Counted from the stretch's first letter, positions 32,850 through 42,815 are shown. The stretch is DNA of 64,000 nt from an uncultured delta proteobacterium (GCA_963752595.1 CAVVYZ010000002.1:32001-96000), one strand, 5' to 3'. Notes: a model not told the origin generated them from the letters alone. Made by a program: numbers and translations.

Positions 32850-34036
32850 ATGGGCCTTTCGTTGCATGCAGGTGAAGGGGAAAGGGAATTCATCGATCTC
32901 ACGGAATCATTTGCCAGGAAAGCCGTGCTGCCCATGTTCGGAGGCGATTCCGCGGACGGCGATCTCGGAAAAGTTCCTTCGCTTCTGGACAAGGCCTTCG
33001 AGATCGGGCTTGCAGCTTCTCCCGACCGGCAGATGCCCGGGTATGAATACGGCATCTGGGGTTCTTCCATCCGGGAGAGCGGTATGCGGCTTTCGGTAAC
33101 CATGCTCTCAGTCATTGCCGAGGCATGTGGGCGGAGTTGCCATGAACCTCCATAGCCAGGGGCTCGCTTCGCTCATCATATCCCTATCGGGCAAGGAGGT
33201 TCCCGAACCTCCCAAGCGTGCAGCGCTAGCCCTGCAGGAGGGATACGGTCCACCCGGGTATGGGACACTTCCTCGATCCGGGCGCTGATGCACCGGCCCG
33301 GATAATGACCCAGGCACGCCCTTCCGGCCAAGGCTATACAATCAGCGGGGAAAAATCCTTTGTTTATGCCCTGAAAGGGGTGGAGTCGTTCGTAGTGGCA
33401 TGCAGGGTAGGGAATGAGAAAGATCACGGGTGGGGTTTGTTCCTGGTTCCCGCATCCTCAAAAGGTGCCAGTATCCGGTCTGTATCGGGAAGGACCGGCC
33501 TGAGGGCATGTGATGTGCTCCGGATCGGTTTTGAAAACGTAGAAGTGCCCGGCCCGGCACGGATCGATGAGGGTAACGGAGCTGGTCTCGTGAATAAGGC
33601 GCTGTGCATCAACTGGCTTGGCATTTCGGCAATCGCAGCAGGCATCGCCAAGGGCGCTGTACGGGCTGCGAGAGAGTATGCTTCCACCCGTTACCAGGGC
33701 GGAGCGATGATCGAGAATCATCCTGCAATACAGAAGCTCATTGCGCTCTCGGAAGCACGGATGGAAACAGCACACGCTCACCTGAACCAGGTCGCGAGCC
33801 TAAGCCTGGAAGGTAAAGGCTTACTACCCCGTTGTGCCATAGCCAAGCTCATGGTCACGGACCTTTGTTTCCACGCAGTCACCGATTCCCTCCAGGTGTT
33901 CGGGGGTTATGGCTACATGGAGGATTACGGTATGGAAAAGCGATTGCGGGATGCCGCTGTATTGAAATCCGTCAGCGGTTCGCCCAATAGTCTCGAGCTT
34001 TTCATCTTCGAGGCAGGAAAGGAGGTGTCCGCATGA
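32850..34036 (+). pseudogene. Acyl-CoA dehydrogenase, frameshifted near 33130 and 33270
   Basis: Pieces join into an ACAD: ...IAEACG/GVAMNLH..., GEKSFV, RYQGG, LQVFGGYGYMEDYGMEKRLRDA. Confidence 0.85.
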
Positions 34037-35370
34037 GTATGCTCGAGGCAGGACCGGCAGCCAGGATCGAGTCGCTCAAGGTGAAGAACGCCGCGAAGAA
34101 TCTCGATTTCTTCGGCAGGCTGCTCATCGATAACCGGGAGATGACCATATGGGAGCATGACACCAAGCTTCTTCCCTTCGGTGCCAGGGTATGGCGAAAG
34201 AGAGCCAGGGCCTTTGCCAGGGAGCACATCCGCCCCTGTGCCGCTGCGGCGGATATCTCACCGCATGAATACGATACCAGGCCTATGATCCTCAAGGCAG
34301 CAAAGCACGGGTTTCAGACCACCCTGCTTGCGATGCCGCTGGGCACGGCCTTCCCTGGGAGTTATTTTCTCAAGTCCGCATCATTGCAGCCGGCTGTCAT
34401 AGCAGAAGAGTTTGCGGCAGAATGCGGTGGTCTCGCACTCCTGCTCATGGCCCACCACCTCGGGTGCGCCCCGCTGCTCATGAGCGGTCACGTCCCGACC
34501 TTTTTCCGTCATCTCCTCCCGCTTTATGCAAAGACATTCCTGGGAAGGCCGGAGGTCATGGCCTTTGCCATTACCGAACCCGGCGCAGGCTCCGACGTGG
34601 AGGAAACCGAGGGAGGGGCTTCGGCCCAGCTGGTAACTACGGCGAAAAGAGTGCCCGGCGGCTACTCGATCAAAGGCCGGAAATGCTTTATCTCGGACGG
34701 TGCCATAGCAGACAAGGTCACTCTGTTTGCGAAGCTGGAAGGGGAGGGGATCGAATCCTGGACGTGCTTTCTCATCGAGAAAGACATGCCCGGGTATTCC
34801 ATCGGAAGGCGCGAGCACAAAATGGGGCAGCGGGCGGCGGATGCCGCTGAACTGATCCTGGAGGATGTGTTCGTGCCCGATAAGAACATCGTGGGAAGAC
34901 TCAGGAGCGGATGGGCAAACAACAGAAACGTCCTGAACTATTCCCGGCCCGTGGTGGGTGCCATGGCCCTGGGACATGCACGCGGGGCATTCGAGAGGGC
35001 GCTCGAGTTCTGCCGCAAAACCATGCTTGGGCCAAAAAGGCTTATCGATTACAAGGACATCCAGATCGAGCTGGCGGACATGATCGTCAAGCTCTGGTCA
35101 GCCCGAGCCCTGGTATGGCACAGCTGCAGCCAGTTCAGGTGCTATCAGTCGGCATCGGCTGCGGCCAAAGTGGCTGCATCGGATATCGCTTTCAGCGTGT
35201 GCACAAAGTCGCTCGAAATCATGGGCGACCATGGTTATGTCCACTCCAACGGTGCGGAAAGGCTCTGGAGAGACTCCCGTCTCACGCAGATCTATGAAGG
35301 CACGAACCAGATCAACCGCCTTGCGATCATAGAACACCAATGGGAGGCCGAGCTGACACGATCGATGTAA
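34033..35370 (+). CDS. Acyl-CoA dehydrogenase
   Basis: FAITEPGAGSD, GRKCFIS, KMGQR, QIYEGTNQINR. Confidence 0.93.
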   Translation: MSMLEAGPAARIESLKVKNAAKNLDFFGRLLIDNREMTIWEHDTKLLPFGARVWRKRARAFAREHIRPCAAAADISPHEYDTRPMILKAAKHGFQTTLLAMPLGTAFPGSYFLKSASLQPAVIAEEFAAECGGLALLLMAHHLGCAPLLMSGHVPTFFRHLLPLYAKTFLGRPEVMAFAITEPGAGSDVEETEGGASAQLVTTAKRVPGGYSIKGRKCFISDGAIADKVTLFAKLEGEGIESWTCFLIEKDMPGYSIGRREHKMGQRAADAAELILEDVFVPDKNIVGRLRSGWANNRNVLNYSRPVVGAMALGHARGAFERALEFCRKTMLGPKRLIDYKDIQIELADMIVKLWSARALVWHSCSQFRCYQSASAAAKVAASDIAFSVCTKSLEIMGDHGYVHSNGAERLWRDSRLTQIYEGTNQINRLAIIEHQWEAELTRSM

Positions 35371-37002
35371 GACAGGATTGCTTTGGTAATGAATGGGTAG
35401 ATGACGGATAAAGTGTGATAATTAAGGTTTGAGCGTACAAGAATTGTGATGATGAAGCCACGATACTCTCCTGCAATTTGATGAATTTAATTAATCTTCT
35501 AAGATCTTTCATGTACTTATAGTACTCGAAAAGCTCACCCGGATCATATTTAAGCTTAGATATCCATGAGAGACTTGTTGATTATCTGTAAGGAATCATT
35601 ATAGAATATTAAATGTAACTCTTTATAGGAAGATATGAAGGAAGCTAATTGTTTGGTATGAGAATGTTTGCTCATTTTGGTTTTCTGAAACGTTTCATCT
35701 TGAAACGACAGGTTTTCTCTTCTCGATCCTGGTTATTTTTCTGCTACTGCCGGGATGCAGCGCCATGAGCAACGGAAGGCGCTGGGGCGAGGAACGTTAC
35801 ACTCTGGCCACTGGGAAAATATCGGTGAATCGAGCCTTCGATGCAGCAACTTCTCCCATGGTCTTCGTCCCTGCCACAGCCGCACTTCTCCTCCAGATCG
35901 GAGATGCCGACAAGAGGCTTTCGGACTGGGCGATTGATCACACACCCATCGCCGGTTCAAATGACCGGGCAGAAAGATTGAGCAAAGATCTCAGCGCCAT
36001 ATCATCCGTTGTATATCATCCGGTGTCTTTTACTTAAGCATATCTGGCTACTCCCAGCGGTCAGCGATCCGGTGTCCTAGGGAGCTTCCAAGGTTAAAGG
36101 GGACTGCTATACAGGGAAGCGCAGTCTTTCCTGAACCATGAAGCTCGTCTATGTACTTAAAGATGATCCGTTGGGAGAGAGCGTCCTGATAGAGCAACTC
36201 AGTGAGAATTTCCCCTCCAGCATGGCATCCGACTCTGCTGCATACACATCCCTTGCCGTAAAAAACATCAAAACCATGAATATACATGGTCCGGCCGAGA
36301 CATCTCTAGGCTAGGCTTTGTGCTGCATGCCCTGAACATTCGCCGTTGCCTGGGAGAGGGTCGTAGGCAAGGGCCCAGCTATCCTTCGGATGCGCTTGCT
36401 AAGGCATCTCTCTCGGCTACTTCACGAGTTCATTCTTCAACGATTCCTTCATGGGTACTTGATCCAAAGCAGAAAGGCATGCCTGTCGCTGGATTCAACG
36501 GAAAAGAAGTATTCATGGGTTATCGTTGGAGATTCTAAAATGCGATGAATGTCGAGCATACCTGCAAATAGAATCCTGCAGTTTTTCCCGGGATTGTTTA
36601 CCCTGAAAAAAATTATCTTTATGTTTTTCTGATTAAACACCTCACCATATTATTTAAACCGTCAGATATTATCAAGCTGACTGAAGACATAGGCCCTTTC
36701 TTCGTAGCTGATCTCTTCACCTCAGGAGGGCTTATAGTATTAATACCCGAAAGGGAGACATACCATTATGTAAGAAGGGCAATGTTTAGCATTGGTAATG
36801 CCGCTCTTTGTCCCATTTGTAAGGGCATGCTCTCAAGTGATCAGTCCTCCATCTATGCTGTTCAACTATTTGAAAATCCAACACAATCGAACTGTTAACA
36901 TAGCTGAGGCCGGATTTATATGTAGTGATCTTAAAGTAATGTGACACTAATGAGATTAACTTGTGAATCATTTCTGTTATTCATTCCATAGGAGGTTAAA
37001 TC

Positions 37003-37780
37003 ATGAAAAGAGTATAATCCTCGCTCTGGCAATACAGTATAATGAGCACAGTCGTTTATGCTGCCACGGAGCCGGAGATCATATGGGCAGGAGGGGAGTT
37101 GGAGGCTCGCGAATCAATCAGGCCCCAGGATATATTGCTGAAACCTTTGTCTATTTAGGTCAGTTAGACTCAATGTATATATTACAGCGACCCCATGGTT
37201 ATCGTAAAGGAGACCCGATTTGCGGACCGACCTTGGTGTGGGTGTACGGCTGCCGATTCCAGGTAGTCAGGTCATTGCAGGGTATAATCTATTTTTGGAC
37301 ATGACCACGGACAATGTCCAAAAACGTATGGGCACGGGAGCGGAAATCTTCCATCCGAAATTCTCTGCACATCAACATCTATCTACCTACCTGTACTCAG
37401 CATCATCGAGAAGAAGCAATCCCCGGGATCGACCTCACGCTGGGAATCCCCATTCCCGATGCCGGCTTTATTACTGTGTGGCCCGGAATATATTACTATG
37501 GTGGGGAAATTCAGACTGATGTGGGAGGCGTAAGCCTTGCGGTGAAGTAAAGCCCGTAAAAGCTGTCTCCATAATAGTGGGCGGTCGGAGCGATGCCCTT
37601 GAGGTGGGCAGGAACGACCCCGAAATATTTACCGAGCTGCAGGTTACTATCCCGATGAGACACCTGGGAAAGGATCTCTTCAAGTTCGATAAGGGCGAAT
37701 ATCCTATCAATATTAAAAACCAGCTCGATCACCGGATCATACGGGAGCCATTCATAACGGTTGAGCATAAGGAGCTATGA
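37003..37780 (+). pseudogene. Inverse-autotransporter (invasin/intimin) beta-barrel-like protein, multiply frameshifted
   Basis: AGGAGG RBS and signal-like start. Fragments DLGVGVR, IAGYNLFLD, RMGTGAE, NIYLP, PGIDL and IIREPFI are typical of this barrel family. Confidence 0.65.
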
Positions 37781-37835
37781 TAAAGGATCTTTCTTGACTT
37801 CGTGAGGCATTCTCTTCTATACAGTACGTCGGAAT

Positions 37836-37869
37836 CGGGAAGTGGCTCAGTCTGATAGATCACAGCGTT
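37836..37869 (+). pseudogene. 5'-half remnant of a tRNA-Pro gene
   Basis: CGGGAAGTGGCTCAGTCTGATAGATCACAGCGTT resembles the tRNA-Pro acceptor strand, D-arm and anticodon 5' strand (2 substitutions) and stops at the anticodon. TTGACT lies upstream at 37794. Confidence 0.6.
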
Positions 37870-38085
37870 ATCTGAAAACTGATGATTTTCAGGTGACATC
37901 TATACAAAACGCCCTATACATTCGAGACTATAAAGTATGGCACGATATTTCTACCTTTTGTGAATATTCAGAAGGGTCTATTTTCTGACCTTGTCAGTTC
38001 GTTATCTTTATTGGTACGGTCAAGTTATAGCGAATACAGATAAGGATAGGCATTCCGCCTGTGTTTCTTGCTTCTGGCGGATTAC

Positions 38086-38193
38086 CTACTTGCTGGGGTA
38101 GGGGTGGGAAGCCTTCCGGGAGAAGCGCGCTACGAAACGCAGGCCAATACCCGCAAAGGCCAAAGAGCCGATGGTTATGAAAAGCAGTGTCAT
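38086..38193 (-). CDS. 35-aa membrane microprotein B1 (MTLLFITIGSLAFAGIGLRFVARFSRKASHPYPSK)
   Basis: AGGAGG RBS, TAATG overlap with the upstream gene; same-length paralog at 45562-45669. Confidence 0.78.
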   Translation of the reverse strand: MTLLFITIGSLAFAGIGLRFVARFSRKASHPYPSK

Positions 38194-38429
38194 TAGCGCG
38201 CCCTCCTCTCGATGATGACCTCCTGGATAAAACCCTTGAAGCCGAGCACGATGCCGATGATGAGCAGGAGCAACGTGAAGTTGGGGGCCATGCCGGTTAC
38301 CTTGTCGAGCCAGAGTCCTGCATAGAGGCCCAGGTAGGTCATGACCACGAGCACGATGCTGTAGCCGCTGATCCTGGTGAGCCTGTTTGCCAGTGCCCTG
38401 GGGATTCTTTCTTTTCTTGCCTTTTTCAT
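38193..38429 (-). CDS. AtpZ/AtpI-like (ATPase gene 1 family) two-TM protein
   Basis: GLYAGLWLDKVTGMAPNFTLLLLIIGIVLGF matches the G-x3-G-x2-LD-x5-P pattern; AAGGAGG RBS. Confidence 0.8.
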   Translation of the reverse strand: MKKARKERIPRALANRLTRISGYSIVLVVMTYLGLYAGLWLDKVTGMAPNFTLLLLIIGIVLGFKGFIQEVIIERRAR

Positions 38430-38460
38430 GGCACACCTCCTTGAGCTGGTTTGCCGTGTC

Positions 38461-38637
38461 CTAGAAAAGCCTCATGATCAGTTCTCTTGCCGGTGCGGTA
38501 TTGATTCCCACCAGGGCTACCATGAGAATGAATACTGCGGTAGCTTCGGCAGCGGTGATTCCCAGCACCTTATAAGTGAACCTGATCCCGATCCCGGTCA
38601 TGAACAAGCATCCGATTACGATCCAAAGGGTCAGCAT
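38461..38637 (-). CDS. 58-aa membrane microprotein A1 (MLTLWIVIGCLFMTGIGIRFTYKVLGITAAEATAVFILMVALVGINTAPARELIMRLF), absent from the ORF track
   Basis: AAGGAGG RBS; 44/58 identical to the paralog at 45683-45859, with many synonymous changes. Confidence 0.88.
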   Translation of the reverse strand: MLTLWIVIGCLFMTGIGIRFTYKVLGITAAEATAVFILMVALVGINTAPARELIMRLF

Positions 38638-38681
38638 TGTCTTGTCCTCCTTTGTTTTTTATTGATTCCTGACAAGGATAT

Positions 38682-38697
38682 ATCAAGGGCCGTGCCA
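38682..38697 (-). promoter_or_regulatory. sigma54 -24/-12 promoter of microprotein operon 1
   Basis: TGGCAC-GGCCC-TTGAT on the minus strand; IHF-like TATCAG-TTAG-TTG at 38713-38725. Confidence 0.75.
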
Positions 38698-38761
38698 ACC
38701 GTTAAATGTTAACAACTAACTGATATTTAAAGACAATATAAATCAACTTGAAACCGGAGAT

Positions 38762-38857
38762 TGACAGTTTGGCACCAGGGGCTCATTTCAGCACCTCTGC
38801 TTTGACAAACTGGCAAAATGATCTTGAATCCGATTTCTTCCCAATGACAGTTTGGCA
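38762..38857. promoter_or_regulatory. Three putative bEBP enhancer boxes TGACA-N3-TGGCA
   Basis: Boxes at 38762-38774, 38803-38815 and 38845-38857; spacing 41 and 42 bp. Confidence 0.75.
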
Positions 38858-38868
38858 TATACCTTGCC

Positions 38869-40264
38869 CTATCGGGCATTGGTCAGCCTGATATGAACTC
38901 CCATGTCCTCGTAGGCAACCAGCCGCGATTGAAAGCTGCTCTTGAGAATGCCGTTCTCATCCACGTAATCGTAGATTATTGCCTCGTGCTTGCCTTCGGA
39001 TACCCGCAGGATGCGGCCTATGTACTGCTTCACCCTCCCGGTGAACTTGATGGGCGTTGCAAGGAAGATGGAGGTGAGCTCCTTGAGGTCGAACCCCTCG
39101 CCGATGAGCTGGGCCGTGGCAACGAGGATATGGTCACGGGTATTGTTCAGCTTTTCGATGAGCTCGGCTCGCTGGTTCGTGGGCATTGAGCCGGTGAGGA
39201 GCGATACGGATGAGCCCTTGGAGGCGATCATCCGGTAGAGCTCCTCGCAGTGCGCCACACGGTCCGAGATCACCAGCGCGATGCCGTTCTCGCCCGAGTT
39301 GGTGCGCTCGACCACGTCGCTTGCGATGAGTGCGTTTCTCTTCTTGTCCGCTATCAGGGCCGAGATCATGGACTGGTATTCATCGGAATCGAAGTAGTAT
39401 GCACATTTCGTATTCCTAACCTTGAGCGTCGCTCTCATGATCTTCTCGATATCCTGGAGCTGGCGCGGCTGTATCCGGTGGAGACGGTCGCCGAGGTGAA
39501 AGTAGATGATCCTGGTGAGCTTGTCGCGGCGGTACGGCGTTGCGGACAGGCCGAGCATGAACGCGGTGTCGAGCTTGCCGGCAACCTCGGTAAAGGAGCG
39601 GGCAGGGACATGATGACATTCATCCACGATCAGGTGGCCGATTAACGGTTTGACCTCGTCAATGACTTTGAAGAGCGAATTGATGATCGCAATGGTAAGC
39701 TTTCTGCCTGTCTGCTTTTTTCCGTCTCCGACCAGCCCCACCTCATCTTCGGTGATATCCAGGAATTCGACCGCGCGCTTGAGCCACTGGTACATGAGCT
39801 CCTTGGTGTGGACGACCACGAGGGCAGGCTGAGCCCTGCGGGCAATGATATTCAGGGCAATCACCGTCTTCCCGGCTCCCGGAGGCGCTTCGAGCACGCC
39901 GAACCTTCGGGCGGTGAGGTCTCTGACTGCCTGGACCTGGTAGGGATGAAGCGTTGCCCGGAAGTCGAAAGTCACCGGATCGAGCATCCGGGTGCGGTCT
40001 ACGAGCATGTAGGGGGAGGGAGCCATTCTGCTCAGCAGGTGGTTGATATACCCGCGGGGAAGGATAAGGACGCCGTTTTCCCTCTCGTAGTAATCGAGCA
40101 TCTCGGGCTGGAAGTTGCGCCTTCTGCTCCTTTTGTATTTCTCCACCTGCTCCCACTTCGGGTTCGGGCAGGGTGAGATCTGCTTCAATGCGTTTGATGA
40201 CTTCCGGTGCAAGATCCGCCTCGAGCACCCTGACGGCGTTGTCTATGTGGATAACTGCTTCCAT
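38869..40264 (-). CDS. SF2 DEAD/DEAH (XPB/ResIII-like) helicase with one apparent +1 indel near 40167
   Basis: PPGAGKT, DECHH, GLSAT, GEGFD, QYIGRILR. The N-terminus MEAVIHIDN...DLTLP is in another frame and joins at CTGCCCGAAC. Confidence 0.85.
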
Positions 40265-40292
40265 TGCTGTGTTGCCTTTACAAATAAGACGA

Positions 40293-40865
40293 TCAGATGA
40301 CGCTTTTAAGGTCGTCGATGAGTCCGGCTGCCTCGTCTTTGCTCAATTCGATCCGCACCTTGCCGCCCCCGGGATGTGCAAAGGCGAGACGGATCTCCGA
40401 GCCGTCCTTCTCAACCGTCCATCTCCTGCCTTTGGGCATTTTCACCTTTGGCGAGAGCCAGTCGTCCGCCTCGAATTCAGCGATCTGGATGAGCACGCCG
40501 AAGGCATCTCTCGGATGGATGAAAAGCTCTTTCCAGATGGGGCCGTAGTCATTGAACCCGAAATAGGGGACATTGTTCTTTTCCAGGGTCTTTTTCGCCT
40601 CGTAGATATCGGGGGTCTGCATGGTGATGTGGTGGACGCCTCCCTGCTTGCTGCTCAGAAAGCCGTCGAGGAAGCTTCCGTCCCCGGTGGGGGTAAGGAG
40701 CTCGAACCTGCTCAAGTCGCCCAGCGCCATATTTTGCCAGAGATATTTCATGCTGCCGTCATCTGCATACGTGCCGGGCACGGCGCCGAGAAGCGTGGTG
40801 AAGAAGCTCAATGCCTTGTCATAGTCTCTTACTGCAAGAGCGACATGGTCGATTCGTGAGATCAT
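40293..40865 (-). CDS. VOC-family protein, methylmalonyl-CoA epimerase-like, with C-terminal extension
   Basis: IDHVALAV, FELL, GGVHHIT, FIHPRDAFGVLIQ. Confidence 0.82.
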   Translation of the reverse strand: MISRIDHVALAVRDYDKALSFFTTLLGAVPGTYADDGSMKYLWQNMALGDLSRFELLTPTGDGSFLDGFLSSKQGGVHHITMQTPDIYEAKKTLEKNNVPYFGFNDYGPIWKELFIHPRDAFGVLIQIAEFEADDWLSPKVKMPKGRRWTVEKDGSEIRLAFAHPGGGKVRIELSKDEAAGLIDDLKSVI

Positions 40866-40979
40866 AAAGAACCACCTCTGATACAGTATGGCATATGTTC
40901 GTATAAGAAAGCTCCGTGGTTCGTCAATCGTTTTATCCGTGAGTCGGGGAAGCCTGCTCCGCCGGGGAAAGGACGTGTA

Positions 40980-42323
40980 TTATACATGCCCCTGCGGAGA
41001 AGGAAGCTGAAGCTCTGCACAGGGTTTCCCCTTATCAGCCGCGCCCCGGCAAGCTACCATGCCATTGATACCTTTGTCCTTGTGGGTGAAATCGATTGCC
41101 ATGATGTCCCGTGTCCTCCTCACGACTCGGCCCCGGGCCATGACATACCCTTCCTTGCCGTCTCCCGAGAGGTTGATGCTGAGATACCTGCCTTTCGGAC
41201 AGGGGTGTGCAGTGGAGAGCAGCAGCCCGTTTTCGCTGATATCGATCAGGCGCCCCGTCGTCTCCGATGCATCTCCCTGGGCTTTATATACCACATCGAT
41301 GAGAAGCGGATACCTCCGGGACTTTCGTCTCTCCTGGATGCTCCAGGCCATCCGGATAGAATCGATCTCTTCTTTTATGGCATCGCCGATCGGTGTATAT
41401 GCCATCCCCAGCTCCTTCTGCGACCTGCTGCCGTCTGCCATGAGGCTGTTCTGCAAGGTCATAAGATATTCGGGAGACATTCCCTGGAATGGAGGCCTGT
41501 TCAGGACCCTCGCCACTAGGGCGGAAGCGCCGGCCACGAACATGGCCAGAGAGTCGGGCAGGATTACCCTGGCAGTTTTGGATCCTATGACCTCTGATAC
41601 GGCTGCCAACAGGCGGCGTGTGGATATGCGTTCATGGGCAATGAAGTAACGTTTGCCCACAGCGCCGTCGAGGGTTAGGACCCTTGAAATAGCCTCTGCC
41701 ACATCCTGGACATGGATATAGGTATGGGCCGAATTCATCGATGACCTGGAAAAGAGCGAGTAGCTCATGATCCTTCTGACGGGGGATATGCGGTTTCTGT
41801 TTCTCCCCGGCCCGAGGACCACGGCCGGATAGCATACCGTCAGCGGAAGGCCCTTCTTGTAATGAAGGACCCATGCGATCCGCTCAGCCTCATATTTGCT
41901 CCGGGCCAGTTCGCTGAACCGCTGCGGCCCGATCGTGCTCTCCTCGTTGAACTTGGCCTGTGCCGGTTTGCCGTAGACATACAGCGGGCTCACATGGATC
42001 ACCCGGGAAATACCCGTCTCCAGAGCGCACTCCATGACGTTTCGTGTGCCGTTCACATTGACCTCGGCATAAATCTTTTTATGGGACTCCCAGAAGGATG
42101 ATGTTCCTGCCAGGTGGATAAGGGCTTCACATCCCGACATCCCGGGGAGAATGGTTTTTCTGTCTCTCACATCTCCCCAGACAAGATCGACGTCGAGTTT
42201 TTCCAACTCCTGAATATGGCTTGTCTTCCTGACGAGGCACACCAGTTGGTGGCCTTGCTTGACCAGGAGCCTCGCGGCATGGGTGCCTATGAAGCCCGTA
42301 GCGCCTGTGATAAAGATTTTCAT
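40980..42323 (-). CDS. Extended SDR (HpnA/DFR-like) fused to a C-terminal PilZ domain
   Basis: TGATGFIG, HLAG, NVNGT; C-terminal ERRKSRR and DISENG PilZ motifs. Confidence 0.85.
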   Translation of the reverse strand: MKIFITGATGFIGTHAARLLVKQGHQLVCLVRKTSHIQELEKLDVDLVWGDVRDRKTILPGMSGCEALIHLAGTSSFWESHKKIYAEVNVNGTRNVMECALETGISRVIHVSPLYVYGKPAQAKFNEESTIGPQRFSELARSKYEAERIAWVLHYKKGLPLTVCYPAVVLGPGRNRNRISPVRRIMSYSLFSRSSMNSAHTYIHVQDVAEAISRVLTLDGAVGKRYFIAHERISTRRLLAAVSEVIGSKTARVILPDSLAMFVAGASALVARVLNRPPFQGMSPEYLMTLQNSLMADGSRSQKELGMAYTPIGDAIKEEIDSIRMAWSIQERRKSRRYPLLIDVVYKAQGDASETTGRLIDISENGLLLSTAHPCPKGRYLSINLSGDGKEGYVMARGRVVRRTRDIMAIDFTHKDKGINGMVACRGAADKGKPCAELQLPSPQGHV

Positions 42324-42619
42324 CCGATCCCTCCAAACAATGAAATTAAAACAATTCAGCGAGAGATCTTCCCCTGCGGAAGCCCCTCTGCACAGGGTGA
42401 CTGCCGGGAAAGAACTGTCTTAATAATATCATACTATGAAGAAAAATCAAGGGCTTGAATATTATTTCAGCCAGATGGAGGGATTTTCAAGGACAGATCA
42501 AAGAGAGGTTTCTGCCGGTGCGAATTGATCACACCTCAACCGACATCCCGTCTCATACGCACATTCGAACTCGATGGATCCGCACCGCTGAAGCATGGAA
42601 TCTCCCAGATGGGTGAGAA

Positions 42620-42811
42620 TTAATTTTTTGCAATCGGGTTCACGGCGGTGTTCCATGAGGGTGAGGTAGTTGAGGTGATTGCCGGCATATCTCTCGTATT
42701 CGAAGGTCTCGCAGATGAAGAGGTCGCAAGGATGCTGCTCCGGAGCCTGCCGCCGCTTCCGAATGCATCCCCGGAACCGAGAAACAGGACCTTGACAGAA
42801 CCCGCATCCAT
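42620..42811 (-). pseudogene. N-terminal fragment of an MBL-fold/RNase Z-like hydrolase
   Basis: VLFLGSGDAFGSGGR; similarity ends before any HxHxDH motif. Confidence 0.55.
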
Positions 42812-42815
42812 GGCT

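Noticed and set aside
35948-35972. GCCGGTTCAAATGACCGG, resembling a tRNA T-arm
   Set aside because: Loop length is wrong, there is no acceptor strand or CCA, and it lies upstream of the 5' half; probably chance.
37938-37953. TGGCAC-GATAT-TTCTA sigma54-like site on the plus strand
   Set aside because: The -12 box lacks the conserved G and there is no downstream plus-strand gene.
38086-38436. 116-aa minus ORF in the track
   Set aside because: Its 5' part is an off-frame overlap of the AtpZ-like gene; only the last 35 codons (B1) have an RBS and a paralog.
38377-38712. Plus-strand 111-aa ORF similar to the plus-strand ORF 45590-45919
   Set aside because: Both are antisense shadows of microproteins A1/A2. 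The RBSs, promoters and synonymous substitution pattern all support the minus-strand frame.
21505-40264. Programmed ribosomal frameshifting as an explanation of the split genes
   Set aside because: There are many indels in ordinary metabolic genes with no consistent slippery motif; error or decay is simpler.
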